Source: Protoeuglena noctilucae
Lineage: Eukaryota
DNA length: 64,000 bases
Assembly: GCA_958009085.1 (NCBI GenBank)
Contig: OY253670.1
Coordinates: 310,001 to 374,000, forward strand
Direction: 5' to 3'
Shown: piece after piece, positions 12,048 through 25,250 of the stretch
Position numbering within the stretch: position 1 is the stretch's first letter
How the letters are laid out: the number at the start of each line of letters is the position of its first letter
The notes under the pieces: model-generated
What the model saw: the letters and a program-made list of their open reading frames with translations, nothing else
Database searches by the model: none
Told to the model about the DNA's origin: nothing
Made by a program: the position numbers and the translations under genes

Positions 12048-14025
12048 CTACGCCGTGGCCCCCCGGCCCTGCTCGGCACCCGGGCGCACCGGGGAGACCT
12101 CGATGCCCACGGCGGCGGCCTTGTCGGCATCGACGGCCTTCTCTGTGTCTGCATCCTGGAAGACGTCATTGCCCTCCAGCACCTCCTGCAGCGTCACCCC
12201 GGGCCTCTCGCACGCGCCGAAGAGCGTCAGCGCCGTCCACGTGCCGTAAAGCAGGACTGCGGCGGACGCAGACGGCAGGCCTCGCTCCCCATGATGCGCC
12301 AGCAGCAGCAGGGAGCAGCGGGACTGCCGTGAGCTGCCATTTCGCCTGCCATGCCGGCCACGCGCGGAACATGCGCGGCCATACGCGGACACGCAAAGTG
12401 CATCCCACTCTATTACATCACTCTTGCATCATTCTACTGCATCGCGCACTGGTGGCTGGACCGCCCCAGCTCGGTCTCACCGAAGCAGAGGAAGTGGCAC
12501 CACATGATCCAGGCTGCGTTCCAGCGCTGGTTGAGGTATCGGTCGCACGTGGGGTCCTCGCAGTACGTGCTGTGGCTGGGGCCCATGCGCACCTGCACCC
12601 GGCTGGGGTCAGGGCACACCGACATGCGGTACTGGTCCCAGGTCACGCCGGCAGGCGAGATGATGCCCCGGCCGGAGTAGAGCTCGAGGCCGCCGTCGTC
12701 GCACCGCCCGTCGGCGATGCCCTGGGCGGTGCACGCGATGGGCGGGCAGGGCGGGCGGTGGAACATGGGCGCCACCCACTGGTCCGACGAGAGCCACAGG
12801 TCCCCCGTGGCCCACACGATCTGCAAAAGGAGGACGAGGAGAAGCCCGGTGCGTCAACGGCCGTCTGGGCACCCGCTGCTGCATAAGCGGACTGCGACGC
12901 CAGCTCTCGGCGCCCTCACGTTGCCAGTGATCCACACGAGGTTCTCGCCGGCGTGGAGGAGGTCCAGCGACCCGAGCCCGTTGCCCGTCGCTCCCCTCAA
13001 GATGTCCCCGCTGCTGGCAGAGAGTGGGTGGTGTGCCATTAGTCACCGCAGGCGCGTGCGACGAAGGGGCCAGCGGGTGCACGCCACTTTCATGTAGATG
13101 AGGGCCCATAGAGCCGTGAGGATGGCGGTGGGGATCCACAGCCCGATGCTCAGGTAGTTCCAGGCCAAGTCCTTCAGCAGCCAGAAGAGAGAGTGGCACG
13201 CCTCGAACTCCTGCGTGCGTGACTTGGTGTGTGGGCTGCAGGAATGCCGACAAGTAAGGCGCCGGGCAGGGTGCCAAGCATATTTGCAGTGCCACTCGCC
13301 CTCTGGGTCCGGAAGTAGAAGGACAGGTGCGGCGGCTTCACGTCCTTGGCCTTCTCACGGGGCAGGTCGGCGTCGAACAGGCGCAGGGGGCGCAGGATCA
13401 AATACCAGAGGCCCTGGGGGCGAAGGCGAGTGCAGGCAAGGGGTTGCAGGCGATGGCATGGGATGCTGTTTTGCTCGAGGCCCCCGACTCTGAGCATACT
13501 TGGATCGCAATCGCCGCGAACATCACGTTCCGTGCATTGATCGTGTACCGGTTGTAGAGGTCCCTGCGGGGGAGCAGGCGCGTTGCACTGACAGGACTCA
13601 GACAGCGGGCTCCGACCCAGGGCGGGTTTTGAGGCGCGCAAGTCCTGTAACCTGCAACCTGGGCATGACGATCTCACCAGTACTGCCCATGGTTGCGCCA
13701 GTCGGCTGCGAGGGAGGGGAGGTGTCGGGGAGGTGTCGCTCGCTTCGTGCTGTCGCATGGTACGGGCCGCCCGCGCACGCAGCACACGCAGCCGCGGCCG
13801 CTGCTCACAGTTCTCCGCCACGGACCACACGAGGTTGGCCATGATCCACACCGCGAGGGCTAAGAACGAGAGTCCCTCGCGGCGTAGCCCCTGGCCAAAC
13901 GCGTAGCGGGTCGCCAAGTGCAGCGAGATCAGGCAGGCGACGATGCCGAAGATGGCGCACGGGATGATGGCCCCCTGCGTCCAGGCGAGGTCCTTGGCGC
14001 CCCACGTGTAGAGCACGAGGTGCTC
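12048..14025 (-). CDS. Uncharacterised multi-pass membrane protein with two internal repeats (first exon not resolved, probably within 14030-14300)
   Basis: Spliced exons give EHLVLYTWGAKDLAW...LAVWIMANLVWSVAE and EACHSLFWLLKDLAW...NLVWITGN|IVWATGD, a Cys-rich loop and an acidic tail. Stop TAG at 12050-12048. Confidence 0.7.
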
Positions 14026-14479
14026 CTGCGACCGCGGGTGCGCGGGCGAGGGGTCGGCGCAGCGGCGCGCATGGCCAAAAGTGCGGGCCGAAATCAATAC
14101 CACATCACGAATGCATCAAACATGATGCGGATCGTGACTCGGAGGACCTGGAACGAGCGCGATCCATCCGCAAACGCAGAACCACAGATTCAACCGGCGA
14201 GGCGGCGGGGTGAAGAAGCCGAGTAGTTTTCTTGGCCGAGCAGCACGAGTGGCGTCTTGATCGGCATCTTTTGCGTCCGTCATGGCCGGTATTGTTGCCC
14301 ACTGGGCTTATCGCAGCCTCCTGGCCGTCGGGATCCCTGCCAAATTGTATCTGTCACATAGAAATGATCGCATTTACGCGAAATCAGTCGGCAAACGGGG
14401 GGTACCGGCTTCTGGCGTTTCGCATTTTTATTGCCACCCTGCAGCAGGCTCCGGCGTCATTCTCATCGATCTTGTCAAT

Positions 14480-17400
14480 ATGCTGCGCTCCGCCTGCGGA
14501 CCTGCCTCCGCTTCCGCAGGGGCCGTGCCCGCCTCTGCTCGATGGCCGAGGCGGGCGCGCGCGGTCCTCACGCGCGCGAAGAAGGACAGGAAGGGGGACT
14601 CTTCCAAGTCGCAGAAGTCAGCGGCGCCTCCCCCCGAGCCCAAGCTCTCCTCCGCGAAGCCCCGTGGTGAGGACGAGGACGGCGCTGGCTCCAAGCGCGG
14701 CGTGGCCCCGGCAAACCGTCGACGCTGCGCCGCGCACGCAATCTTTGTAATTGTCACAGCCATCCCGCGGCGCGCCACCCCGTCCAGCCTGCTCGCTCGC
14801 GTCCGAGGGAGCCGCGACGCAGTTGTGGCTCGAGGAAGGCGGTCCCTGCAGCGCTGCTCGCGCCTCGCGTGGGACCGAGGGTCGCGCCTGCGTTCCTGTT
14901 CTGTTCCCGCCGCGGCGCTGTCGGACTCGCGCCCGCCCCCGGGCCGACGAGGCGCGGCAGGTCGTTCGCAGCCGCGAGAGTCGGATCGCATCCTCGCCCG
15001 CAGAGGATGACTTCACGCTCAACCCGCTCACCCTGGGGAGGCGGTCGCGCGAGGCGTTCGACGCGGCATGGAACCAGGCGAGCTGCGCAATGCGGGCGCG
15101 GGTACTGAGGGATGAACGCAGACGTGTCGCCCCGCCCTGCAACCGCGCTCATCGACCGTGGGGCCCTCTCGCTGCAGTTCGCGTCTCTCGGAGCCTTGAA
15201 TCGCAAGGGGAGCACGCCGATGAGCCTGGAGGACATCGACATGCTGGATCGGCAGGGTGGCCCGAACGTTGCGGGGGACGGCCGCGCGCAGCGGACGCTC
15301 GTGCTGGTCATCGGGGCCACGGGTCGCGTGGGTCGTATCCTCGTGCGCAAGCTGCTGCTTCGCGGCTACCGCGTTCGGGCCCTGGTGCGGAAGCGGCCGG
15401 ACGGAAGCGAGCGCGAGCTGCTCCCCGAGAAGGTCGAGGGTGAGGCGCGAGGCGGACGGGTGCCGCGCGGGCGAAACCGATCCTTTCCATCGATCCCCCC
15501 ATCGACGCACGCCCCTCGCCTCGCCGCAGTGGTGTACGGGGACGTGTCGGACTACGCTTCGGTCCGCAGCGCCGTGCGCGCCGCGGACAAGGTCGTCTAC
15601 TGCGCGGGTGCGCGCACGATGCTCACGCCCGACCTCAGCAACGTCTACTTGGCGGGAGTTGAGACGACGCTGCGGTGAGGGGCCGGGATGGCCCATCGCA
15701 GCGCCTCCCTTGTCATCCCTCGCGTGCGGTCGCGAACAACGGCGCTTCTTGTACATAAACCCCTCGCAGGGCTTTGTTCGACGAGAGCAACGACCGCAAG
15801 CAGGGCGCGCTTTCCGTGAAGGAGGCCCAGGAGGAGACTGTAGAGGGCCTGCAGCCCAAGGTGGATGCCAAGGTTCTCCTGGCCAACTTCAAGCGACAGG
15901 GCCCGGCGGAGAGCGCCTGGAAGCTGCAGCACGTGGGACTGGTGAGTGAGCGCGCGGAGAGGGGCGGGTGGCCGACTCGGGGGCAAGCAAGTGCGGGAGG
16001 GTGTTATCGTGACGGCCATACCCTTTCTCGCAGGCCCCGACGGCGTCGCAGCTGCAGCGCACGATGTACCGCGCCCAGGACATCGCGTCAATCGATTTCG
16101 TCGAGGATGCGCGGGCCGCGAAGGCCGCCGAGCCGGCCCTGGTGGCGGCGGGGGCTGCAGGAGAGGACGCGCCCGGCGGGGCGGCGGTGAAGCGGTACGG
16201 GCGCAAGGATGGCGACGCGGCGGACGGCGACGCGGTCCCAGCGTTCCTGCGCTTCAAGGGCGTCGTCTACAACCGAGGGGCCATGGCGGAGGCGGGGGCA
16301 CAGGTGTCTGGCGGTCCCGGCACGCTGGCGGGAACGGAGGCAATCAACCTGCACGTGGGTGGCGACGGCCAGCAGTACTTATGCGTCGTGCGCGCGGGCG
16401 GGCACTCGTACGTTCAGCGCTTCCTGGCGCGCGAGGGCTTCGGCAACGTTCACCTTCCGTGGTGTTTCTTCCGACCCGAGGTTCGGGACGCCGAGGCGCC
16501 GCCTCTCGACCCCAACGACATCGACTACGTCGGGATCCGCTACGAGCCCCGCATCGGCATGGCCGGGGCCGTCGAGGTGAGCGAGCGGGGAAGAGGGACG
16601 GTGGTAGATGGCGTGTCGGTGCATGCGATGAGCCCGGGCGTGATGGGGTGGCTCGGACTGGCCCACAGCAAGGGACGGAGAACCGGCAGCGATTCAACCT
16701 GTACGTCTCCCGCATCAAGGTGTCCCCCACGCGGCCGGAGACGAACTTTGTCCTCGTGTCGTGCGCGGGGAGCGGGAAGGTGGGTGCGGTTGGGGTGGCT
16801 TGGACTCGCGTGCGCGCACGTGCCGCAGCTGGGAGGTGTCTCGACTCGCGTGTGTGCACAAGCAGCATGCATGGCATGCTTCGCTTTGTTCTGTGCACTG
16901 GCAACAACGGAGGGCTGCGGCGTGGGGCTGTTGTGGGGCTGGGTCGACTCCAGCGTCACTACTGCTCCATGCAGGTCGACATGTCTTCGGAGGACCTCCA
17001 GAAGGAGAAGCGGTGCCGGGCAGAGGGAGAGGCACGCGCCCGCACCTCGGGGGTGGGCTACACCATCATCAGGCGAGCTGGAAGGGTGGCATATCTCGAC
17101 TGTCCCGTGCAGCGCTGCACTCCCCTGTATCATATTTACAGTAAGGCTAGTGTCTGTGCTTGATATATGAACGGGGCAGTATGAGGAGCTTTATGTCGTA
17201 TCTCTCGTAGCTACCACCACCATGGCCCCGCTCGACACCTCTGCCCTTCCCCGATCCCCGCTCAGGCCCGGCCGCATCACGGAGGAGGCAGGGGGGTACA
17301 AGGCCCTGGTGTTTGACCAGGGGGACCGCGTGGACCAGGCGGTGTCTGCGGCAGATGTGGCCGACATCTGCCTCAGGTCCCTGCACGACCCGGAGGCGCG

Positions 17401-17742
17401 CAACCGGGTGCGTGCGTGCGGCGGAGATGCTTGGCTGTGCCTGTGATACATGGCTGTGGCTGCGATGCGTGGCTGTGGCGTTGATGACAGCGCGACGCTG
17501 CGGCGCTGTTCTCAGCCAATGCTGTCGTGCGTCTTCATCGGCGTCTCTCTAACTGCTCACTTACATCCCAATTGGGTTACGATTGGTTTCCAATTGGCTT
17601 TCTCCGATTGCTCCCACCGCAGACGTTCGAGGTTTGCTTCGAGTACCCCTCCGGCAATGCCTACGAGCTGGTGGCGCACCTGCCCGACCGCGACAACAAC
17701 TACCTGGGACCCGCGCTGGCCACCCTCGAGCGCAACACCTGA
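14480..17742 (+). CDS. HCF173: HIGH CHLOROPHYLL FLUORESCENCE 173-like atypical SDR (NAD(P)-binding + CIA30-type insert), plastid-targeted; 10 exons
   Basis: Transit-peptide-like N-terminus; LNPLTLGRRSREAFDAAW; VLVIGATGRVGRILVRKLLLRGYRVRALVR; YTIIRPG..EEAGGYKALVFDQGDRVDQAVSAADVADIC; C-terminus YELVAHLPDRDNNYLGPALATLERNT, matching plant HCF173. Confidence 0.9.
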
Positions 17743-18280
17743 CGGGACGTGCCGATGGGGCTGTGTTGGACGTCGGGTGTCGTGCGAGCCGCCGTTCGCG
17801 GCAACCCTTGCTGGCCAGGCAGGCCACGCTGCGAGGTGCCGAGTTCGCTGTTCGTTGCTGTGGTTCCCTTCGATCAAGCGTACCTTTGAAGATGAACACG
17901 AACATGAATATCAACATGAACACGTGTTTGTTCAAAACGCATCGAGACGTCAGCTCGATGTCAGTCACGCCGCGTCACAGCACCGGCCGTGCCCCTCTGA
18001 GACTAAGCAGGCCCGCCATCGCCATCGCCACCGCCATCGCCAGCGGGGCGACCAAGGTGGCCGGAAACGCGGGGTCGTTGGCAATCGTCGCGAGCGGCCC
18101 GCCACAGCACAAGGCGCCATGCAGCACAAGCGCAAGCGCAGGCGAGGCATCGAGGCCCCGGTCACGGAAAGGGGCGATGATCAGGGAGTCATGCGCACTT
18201 GAGAGAGCTACCCAGGAGCCCAGTGCCCGATACTCAGACGCACTCGAAAGGGTTACCAAGAGAAGCCCATCGTGCGACCC

Positions 18281-20543
18281 TCAGACGTACTTGAGTGGCC
18301 CCTCGAGTAGCCCTTCCCGGAACTGCACGACGTAGGGGTTGTCGGTGCGGTCGAATTCGGGGGTGGGCCCCTCCCACACGACGCGGCCCTCATGCAGGAA
18401 GACCAGGCGGTCCGTGGCACGCCTGGAGGGGGTGGCGAGGGAGGCTGGGAATTGGAAAGAGAGCATAGCGAGAGCCGGGCATTGCGTGAGCCAGGAACAG
18501 CGACAGACAAGCATCACAAGAGCCAGGCAGTGCGAGAGCAGCAGTCGGGTCGACTGTGCCGAACTTGTCATAGCATAGCTACACAGGCAACGCTGTATAG
18601 TATCGCGCAGTGCAGCTGCCAGCCAGCCTGGCTGGCAGAGGGGCGTGGGGTGCCCTCATCCACTGCCGCCACGCCGCCGCTCGCCTGATGGTGGAGTGCT
18701 GGTGGGTGACGACGATGTAGGACGCGATGGTGCTCTCGCGGTTGTTGTGCAGGTCCCTCATCAAGTCCTCCACCACCGTCGACGCCACCGGGTCCAGACC
18801 TGCCGTCGGCTCGTCGTACATGATGACCTGGGGACATCAAAGGGAGCGACGGGATAGCTGCGGTGATGTACGTGGTGTGTTGGGGTGCTTAAGCGAGTGA
18901 CCGATGGCTATCTAATTGACTAAATGACTATCCAGCCTGAGTGACATCGTGACATTCCACACGGTGTGTACAAGAATGGCAGAGAGGCCACCCACATCTG
19001 CCCCCGCGCACCCCGAACCTGTTCTACCCCCGACAAGCAGAGACGCCCCACATCATCATGTCCCACCTGGTCTACCCCCGACGACACGTCCTCGTCTGGG
19101 ATCACCGCCCTCGCCAGCGCCACGCGCTTCTTCATTCCACCCGACAGCGACGCGGGGGACTGGTGCTCCACGTCCCGCAGGCCCACCTTGGCCAGGGAGT
19201 CCTTGACGCTGCGGGCGAGAGCACCGGATGCGATCACTCTAACATGACGCTGCGGGTGAGGCGCACAAAGCGGGCCTAGTCCATCACGACATTGGTCGTC
19301 GCAGTGAGAGCACAGAGCGCTTCTAGCGTATATCGAGCATCATCTACATGAAAGGGTGGCGACAGAAAGCAAGTGTGGTGGCAAGTGTGGTACTACACTA
19401 AGTATCGCATCTCGTGGCATCTGTGCCGCACCGTCGCACGATCTCCTCCTCGGGGAGCTTCGAGTGTTCGTACAACAAGAAGCCCACGTTCTCGCCGACG
19501 GTCAGGGAGTCGAAGAGCGCCGCGCTCTGGAACACCAGGCCGATCTTCAACGAGTGCTGGGAGTCCGCATCGTCCGCCTGTGAAGAGGGGAAGGGCAACG
19601 GCCTAGCCATGTTGCATGGCAGCGCGAAATCAGTAAGAGGAACAGCTGCCCAATCGCACTGTAACGCGAGGTAGTGCACGTGATCGGCGACAGCCAGGGC
19701 GCGACTCGCCAGGAGGCCCTGCCGCGGGCGGCCCTTGATGACGACATCGCCACTGTCGGGGGCCAGGAGGCCCGCGGCGAGCTTCAGAGTCGTCGACTTG
19801 CCCGTTCCCGAGCCTCCGATGATACCCACGGCTTCTCCTCGACGTATCTGCGCGGCGCGGCGGGCGGGGACCGCTCCCGCAAGGCCCGGCGAGGCCAACC
19901 GTGTTTCGCAAACACGCGCCCGGGCCCCATCGCGACTCCTCGCCTTGAAGCTGGCTCCCCGCAGAATCTTCTTACTACCAAAGGCCTTGTGAACGTTGCG
20001 AAGCTCGATAAGCACGTCCTCGGCGACCGGCGCGCCCGCAGCAGGCGCGTGTTGGTCCTGCAAGGTCGACGCCGCCCGAGCCGCGACGGACGAACCCGTC
20101 GTGGACGGAACCTGCACGCGACGATCCTGGCACTTCGTTCGTCCCTACGACGCAGGGAGCGCGCGATGCTGGGCACCGTGCGCTGCGCTACCGCCTCTCG
20201 CGTCCGCTGCCATGATACCACCCCCCCGCCACCGCGGATGCGGCAGCTGACGTGGTGGGAGTGCTAGTAGGCATCGTTGCTGCCCCAGTAAAAGCCGCAG
20301 CCGACGCACCGGGGCCAGCCGGTCGCCGTCCGCGCCTGGCCGTGGGCGCGCGCCGATCCCCCTCGTCACCTGGTCGTCCCCCGCGAGAACACGGCAAACG
20401 TGGCGCGGATGCTTGTCTCTTTCGACGAAAGGAAGCCCCGGCAAGCACAACGACGGCGTGGGCGCTCGAGGGCGGGAGGTGGAGGGGCACTGGAGCGCTG
20501 TACGCCCTGTCGCCGATAGTGCGCTGCCCGCGGCGCCAGCCAT
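18281..20543 (-). CDS. TGD3: Plastid lipid-transport ABC ATPase TRIGALACTOSYLDIACYLGLYCEROL 3 (MlaF-like); 7 exons
   Basis: IELRNVHKAFGSKKILRGASFK|IRRGEAVGIIGGSGTGKST, IGLVFQSAALFDSLTVGENV, LSGGMKKRVALARA, MYDEPTAGLDPVASTVVEDL, and C-terminal NPYVVQFREGLLEGPLKYV. Confidence 0.92.
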
Positions 20544-20945
20544 GATGAAAAATCGATCGAACGGAGCGCAGGAGATGACGCGGGTGGAGTTTGTGCGTGG
20601 CGCTGGGCGCGGTCGGCCCTTCTTGTCGAAACGGGGTCGCTGCAACACGCTTATGCGCGCAGATGCTCACGAGATGCATGATGTCGCGAGTCCCTCGCAT
20701 TTTCGTGAAATCGGACGCCGGCCGGGTTCGCCCGACCCGTCCGACCAAACGTCAGCTGCCGTCCTGGCGAGTCTCGCCGTCTGCTGCGGCGCGAACGGGA
20801 CATAACAATCGTATTTCCAAGCTGGACCGCGCTTCGCTCCAAGGGACCGCGTGATTCGCTCGGGGCATCGTTTCGAAAGGCGAGCATCTCGGGCGCGCTT
20901 TTGCATGGGCGTGAGCCGCCGCTGGCCGGGGGGACGCCGCTCACG

Positions 20946-23900
20946 ATGTTACCGGCGTCCGGGTTACGTGTCCCGGGCGCGCATGCCCCGCCCCTGGCCG
21001 CGCGTCCCGTCTGCAGCGCATCGCGTTGGGGCCCCTCCGGCCGCGCGCACGCGCTCGCGCACCACGCCAAGCCCCGTCGCGGACCCCGCACTGCACGGTC
21101 ATGTCCGCAGGCGTCCGCCATGTCCTTTTCTGGGGCCAGGGAGCCCTCGCCCTCGGAGGGGGAGGTCCAGGAGGAGGCGGAGGCGCTCACGCGGCCGGGC
21201 ACCATGATCGGCGCTTCGCCGCTCGCTGCCGGACGCACATCGAACGGCGACATGACGCCCGAGATCGAGGGCGGGCAGGAGTCCGGGGACGAGTCCGGCG
21301 CGGGGGGCTCGGCCCGTCGGCGCGCCAAACGGCCACGCTCCGCGCAGCCCGCGGCCAGGGCGCAGGCCGCGCAGGCCGCCATGCAGAACCGCATTCCACC
21401 GGCGGCACGCTCGCTCCGCTCGGTCCTCAAGGTCTACTGCACGAAGGTGTCCCCCAATTTCGCCCAACCGTGGAAGATGCGGTCCCAGGCGAGTCCCGGG
21501 CACGCCGCGGCCCCGCTGGGCAGATGTTCTGGCCTCTCGCCGACCGATAGGTTCTTGTTGTCCGATCTTCGAGTCGGAGCGGCCGAGTTTCGCGCCATGC
21601 GCGGGTGCGGGGTTGTCGTTGCCGCCGCACCCGGCGCGCGGCCATGTGCCCGGATCCAGCGTCCCCTGCGCATCGCCGGCCCAGATCCGGCAACTGTCGA
21701 AGCCAGCGTTGTTCCGCAGCACACGTCGTCCGGAAGCGCGTTCGTGATCGAGTCCCGACGTCGCCTCATCCTGACCAACGCGCATGTGGTGCGTCACGCG
21801 ACGAGCATCCGAGTCAGGCGGCCCGGGAACGCGACAAAGGTGCGTTTTATATGCTGGCCGCGCGCGCGGCTGCCCCTTCCGGCGCTTCCGCAGCCCCGCG
21901 TCCCGGGGTGCTGGTGCTGCAGGTGCTGCCATTGTCCCCGCGCGCGCGCCCGAGCCTCCGCGTCCCCCGGCCCGCAGTGGAAGGCTACGTTGGTTTGTTA
22001 CGGGCGCGACTGCGACCTGGCGCTGCTGACGGTTCAGGAGGACGCCTTTTGGGAGGACCCCTTCGTCGACTTGCAGATGGTGGACGAGCCGCAGCTCCAG
22101 GACACGACCCTGGTGGCCGGGTACCCCACGGGCGGCGACCAGTTGTCGATCACGAAGGGCATCGTGTCTCGCGTGACGATGGCGCGGTACACAGGGGCCT
22201 GCAGCATGCTCGCCATTCAAATCGACGCGGCCATCAACCCCGGGAACAGCGGCGGGCCGGCCTTCTCGGACCTCCCGAAGGGCGAGGTCGTCGGCGTGGC
22301 CTTCTCGCACATCAAGGGCGCCTCCAACGTGGGCTACGTCATCCCGCGCTGCGTCGTGCAGCATTTCCTTGACGAGTTCAACCAGCACGGCGTCTTCCGA
22401 GGAGTGCCGCTCATCGGTGCGACTTCGGTGTTGTTAACTATCCAAGCAGCAGCTGCCTGCTTCGCTGCTTTGCTGCACATCGCACCCGGTTGTTGTCTCG
22501 TTGCGCTGCACTCGTCGTCGCATTGCACCCTGCTCGTCTTGCATCGCACCCCTGCTTACATCTGTTCCCTCCCCCACCTCGCCCGTCCCCCTCGCACTTC
22601 GCTGACCGCGTCGCTCCCGCAGCGTTCGAGTGCCAGCGGCTGGAGAACGACAGCGTGCGCAAGTGGCTGGGGATGCCCGACGACTCCACGGGCGTCATGG
22701 TGCGCAAGCTGGTGCCGCTGGTGCAGGCGTCGCAGGTGAGATGCGGTGGATGACATGTGATGCGATTGATGGCGAGCGCGGTTGCGGTCTCTGTCCGTGA
22801 GGCTGGCCAAGCGAGGGACCGTGCGACCCTGCCGCTGCCGACAGACACCCATGCAATGGCACACACTGTGCCATCAACATCGTCACCACTTGACCACTCC
22901 CCTGTAACTCCCCTCCAGATCCTGCGCGTGAAGGACGTAATCCTGTCCTGGGGCGGCGTGCCCGTGGCCAACGATGGGACGATCGAGCTGCCCGGCCGCC
23001 CCGACGAGCGCGTCGACTTCACGCACCTGGTGCTGTCCTCGCACCTGGGGGACGAGGTGGACGTCGAGGTGTGGAGGAGCGAGCACGTCGCGGGGTGCGA
23101 GCCGGGGAGGCAGGGGCAGGTGAGGGGAGAGAGGTGGTGGAGATGAGAGAGGTGGGGAGGCAGGGGCAGGTGAGAGGGTGGGGAGGAGACGGGTCTGGGT
23201 GTGGGTGTTATTGCACTCCAGCTCTCCTCTGTTTGACAAGAAAGGCTGCCCTTACAATACACCCTCCCCACTTTCCCCACTCCCCCGCTCCCCCACTCCC
23301 CCACATACCCCCCTCTCCCCCCACTCCCCCAGGGCGGCCAGCGCCTGACGCTCCGAGTCCCCACCGAGCGTTGGTTCCCATTGGTCCCCGTGGTGGAAGG
23401 AGACGACTGCGAGCCGACCTACTTCATCATCGCGGGTCTCGTGTTCGTCCCCCTCTCCTGGCCCTTCCTGCGGGACGCCTACTCCACCAAGCACAAGCCC
23501 GCGCCACCGCCCCTCATGACCCTCTCCGCAGACTACCCGGTGAGAGTGCAGGGATGGATGGGATGTTGGGAATGATGAGTGCATGTCCTGCATCACTCGT
23601 ACTGTGCACAGGAAGCAGACAGCTGTGCCCAACTGTGTGCAGACAGCCTCAACCTCAGTACCCTCTCCGCACCTCCCCACCCTCCCACACACCCTGTCCC
23701 CCCCACCTCCGCACCCCCCCAACCCCCCCCCCCCCCCCGTAGCTCCAGGAGGGCGAGCAGGTGCTCGTCTTGCAAAAAGTGCTCTCTGGCGACACCAACT
23801 ACGGCTACAACGTCACCGACGCCCACCTGCAGCGGCTCAACGGCGTCAAGGTGCTTAACATGCACCACCTGGTGTCGCTGGTCGAATCCTGCGAGGAGCC

Positions 23901-24240
23901 TTTTTTGGAGTTCGAGCTCGACAGGGGGTGCACGGTGGTGCTGGACACCCAGCAGGCACGCGCGGCCACGCCCCTGATCCTATCGCAACACAACATCGCC
24001 AGCGACCGGAGCCCCAACCTGGTCAGGGGAGCGTCGTTCGGGCCATGGCCGGGCATGGGGCCACCGCAAGCACCGAAGGCACCCCCCCGGGCCGCGGATG
24101 ACGCGTCGGTCCATGCGGCCAATGGTGACGAGGTCATTCCACGCGACCACCCCGCTGACGTCGCGGGGGGGCTCATGGATGCGGCGGAGGGGGGGGCGAA
24201 TGTCGAGGCGACGTTCCACGGCGGGCACCGGTGGAACTGA
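20946..24240 (+). CDS. Deg/HtrA serine protease, DEG2/9/10 type with two PDZ-like domains; 7 exons
   Basis: SVLKVYCT..PNFAQPW, TNAHVV (His), DCDLALL (Asp), IDAAINPGNSGGP (Ser), PTYFIIAGLVFVPLS and NGVKVLNMHHL. Start codon uncertain. Confidence 0.9.
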
Positions 24241-25250
24241 GAGGGCAGAGTGTATGGGGTCAGTGTCGGGGGACATCGGTGGAGCTGAGGGGTCGTATGG
24301 GGGTGTGTGGTGGGGTGACAGGTTATCCGGGGTTTTGGTTGGGTGGGAGGGTTACTGTTTACTGTTGGAGATCAGAGGTGTGGAGGGTACTGGTGCAGTT
24401 CAGGTTGGGGGTTTCGGGGGTTGTCTTCATACTTGAGGGGTGCGGTGGCGTCGACCGAAGGGGTCAGAGGGAGTAGTAGTATTGGATGTGAGGCGTTCGG
24501 TTAGGCAGGGAACACGGTATCATTGTCATCTTAGGTTGTGATTGCCCGGAGCCCGCAGCAGTCTGTCAGTGGCACTGCCAGAGGCGGCGCGCCAGGCAGT
24601 CGCGTTTCGTCACGCGCAATGGGCAGCAGTGTAGCCATTTCCTGCGGGCCATCGCCCGCCATTCGCAGCGGCATTGCGCTGTGTTTCACCGTTCCCACCC
24701 GCTCGCGTGGCCCGGGCGTCTCTATATCTCAGCCCCGAGTCCCGAGCTTTACTCTGGCGCTCGCCATGTGCGTCATCATGCGTGTGGCCATGCACCATGA
24801 GCGTCACTATGCGTGTTGCCATGTATCGCCTTGCCGGCGCTTAGCTTGGGCACTTCGCACGGCCACCCGCTCTTCGCAAGTGAGGAGTCTGGTTGAGCAA
24901 GTGCCGCATTTGAATTGCTGTCATCAATGAATGGAAAGAGATGTGAACGGGTGCTTATCGACAGCCCAAGGACATTGGGCAGCGAACACCTCTGGCTCAA
25001 CATGCACCTTTGGCTCAGCATGCAACTCAGTACCTCAGCCAACAAGCATGGCTCAGCAAAGCACCTCGTCGTGTCGCACGCAAGTCACCAACCCAGCCCG
25101 AGCCCGATCGCGGCCGCAGCTGCTCTGAGGATCTGCGCCTTGGGCGTCTGGAGCTCGTCTGCCGCAGCGTCGCCATCCGTGCTACCATCGCCGTCCGCGG
25201 TGTCGGGGGATCCCCCTGCGGACGTGTCGCGCTTGCCCTGCGAGTCGAGC

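Noticed and set aside
14480..24240. Functional plastid gene cluster (HCF173, TGD3, Deg protease)
   Set aside because: Unrelated pathways, Deg targeting uncertain, and plastid-targeted genes are common enough to be adjacent by chance
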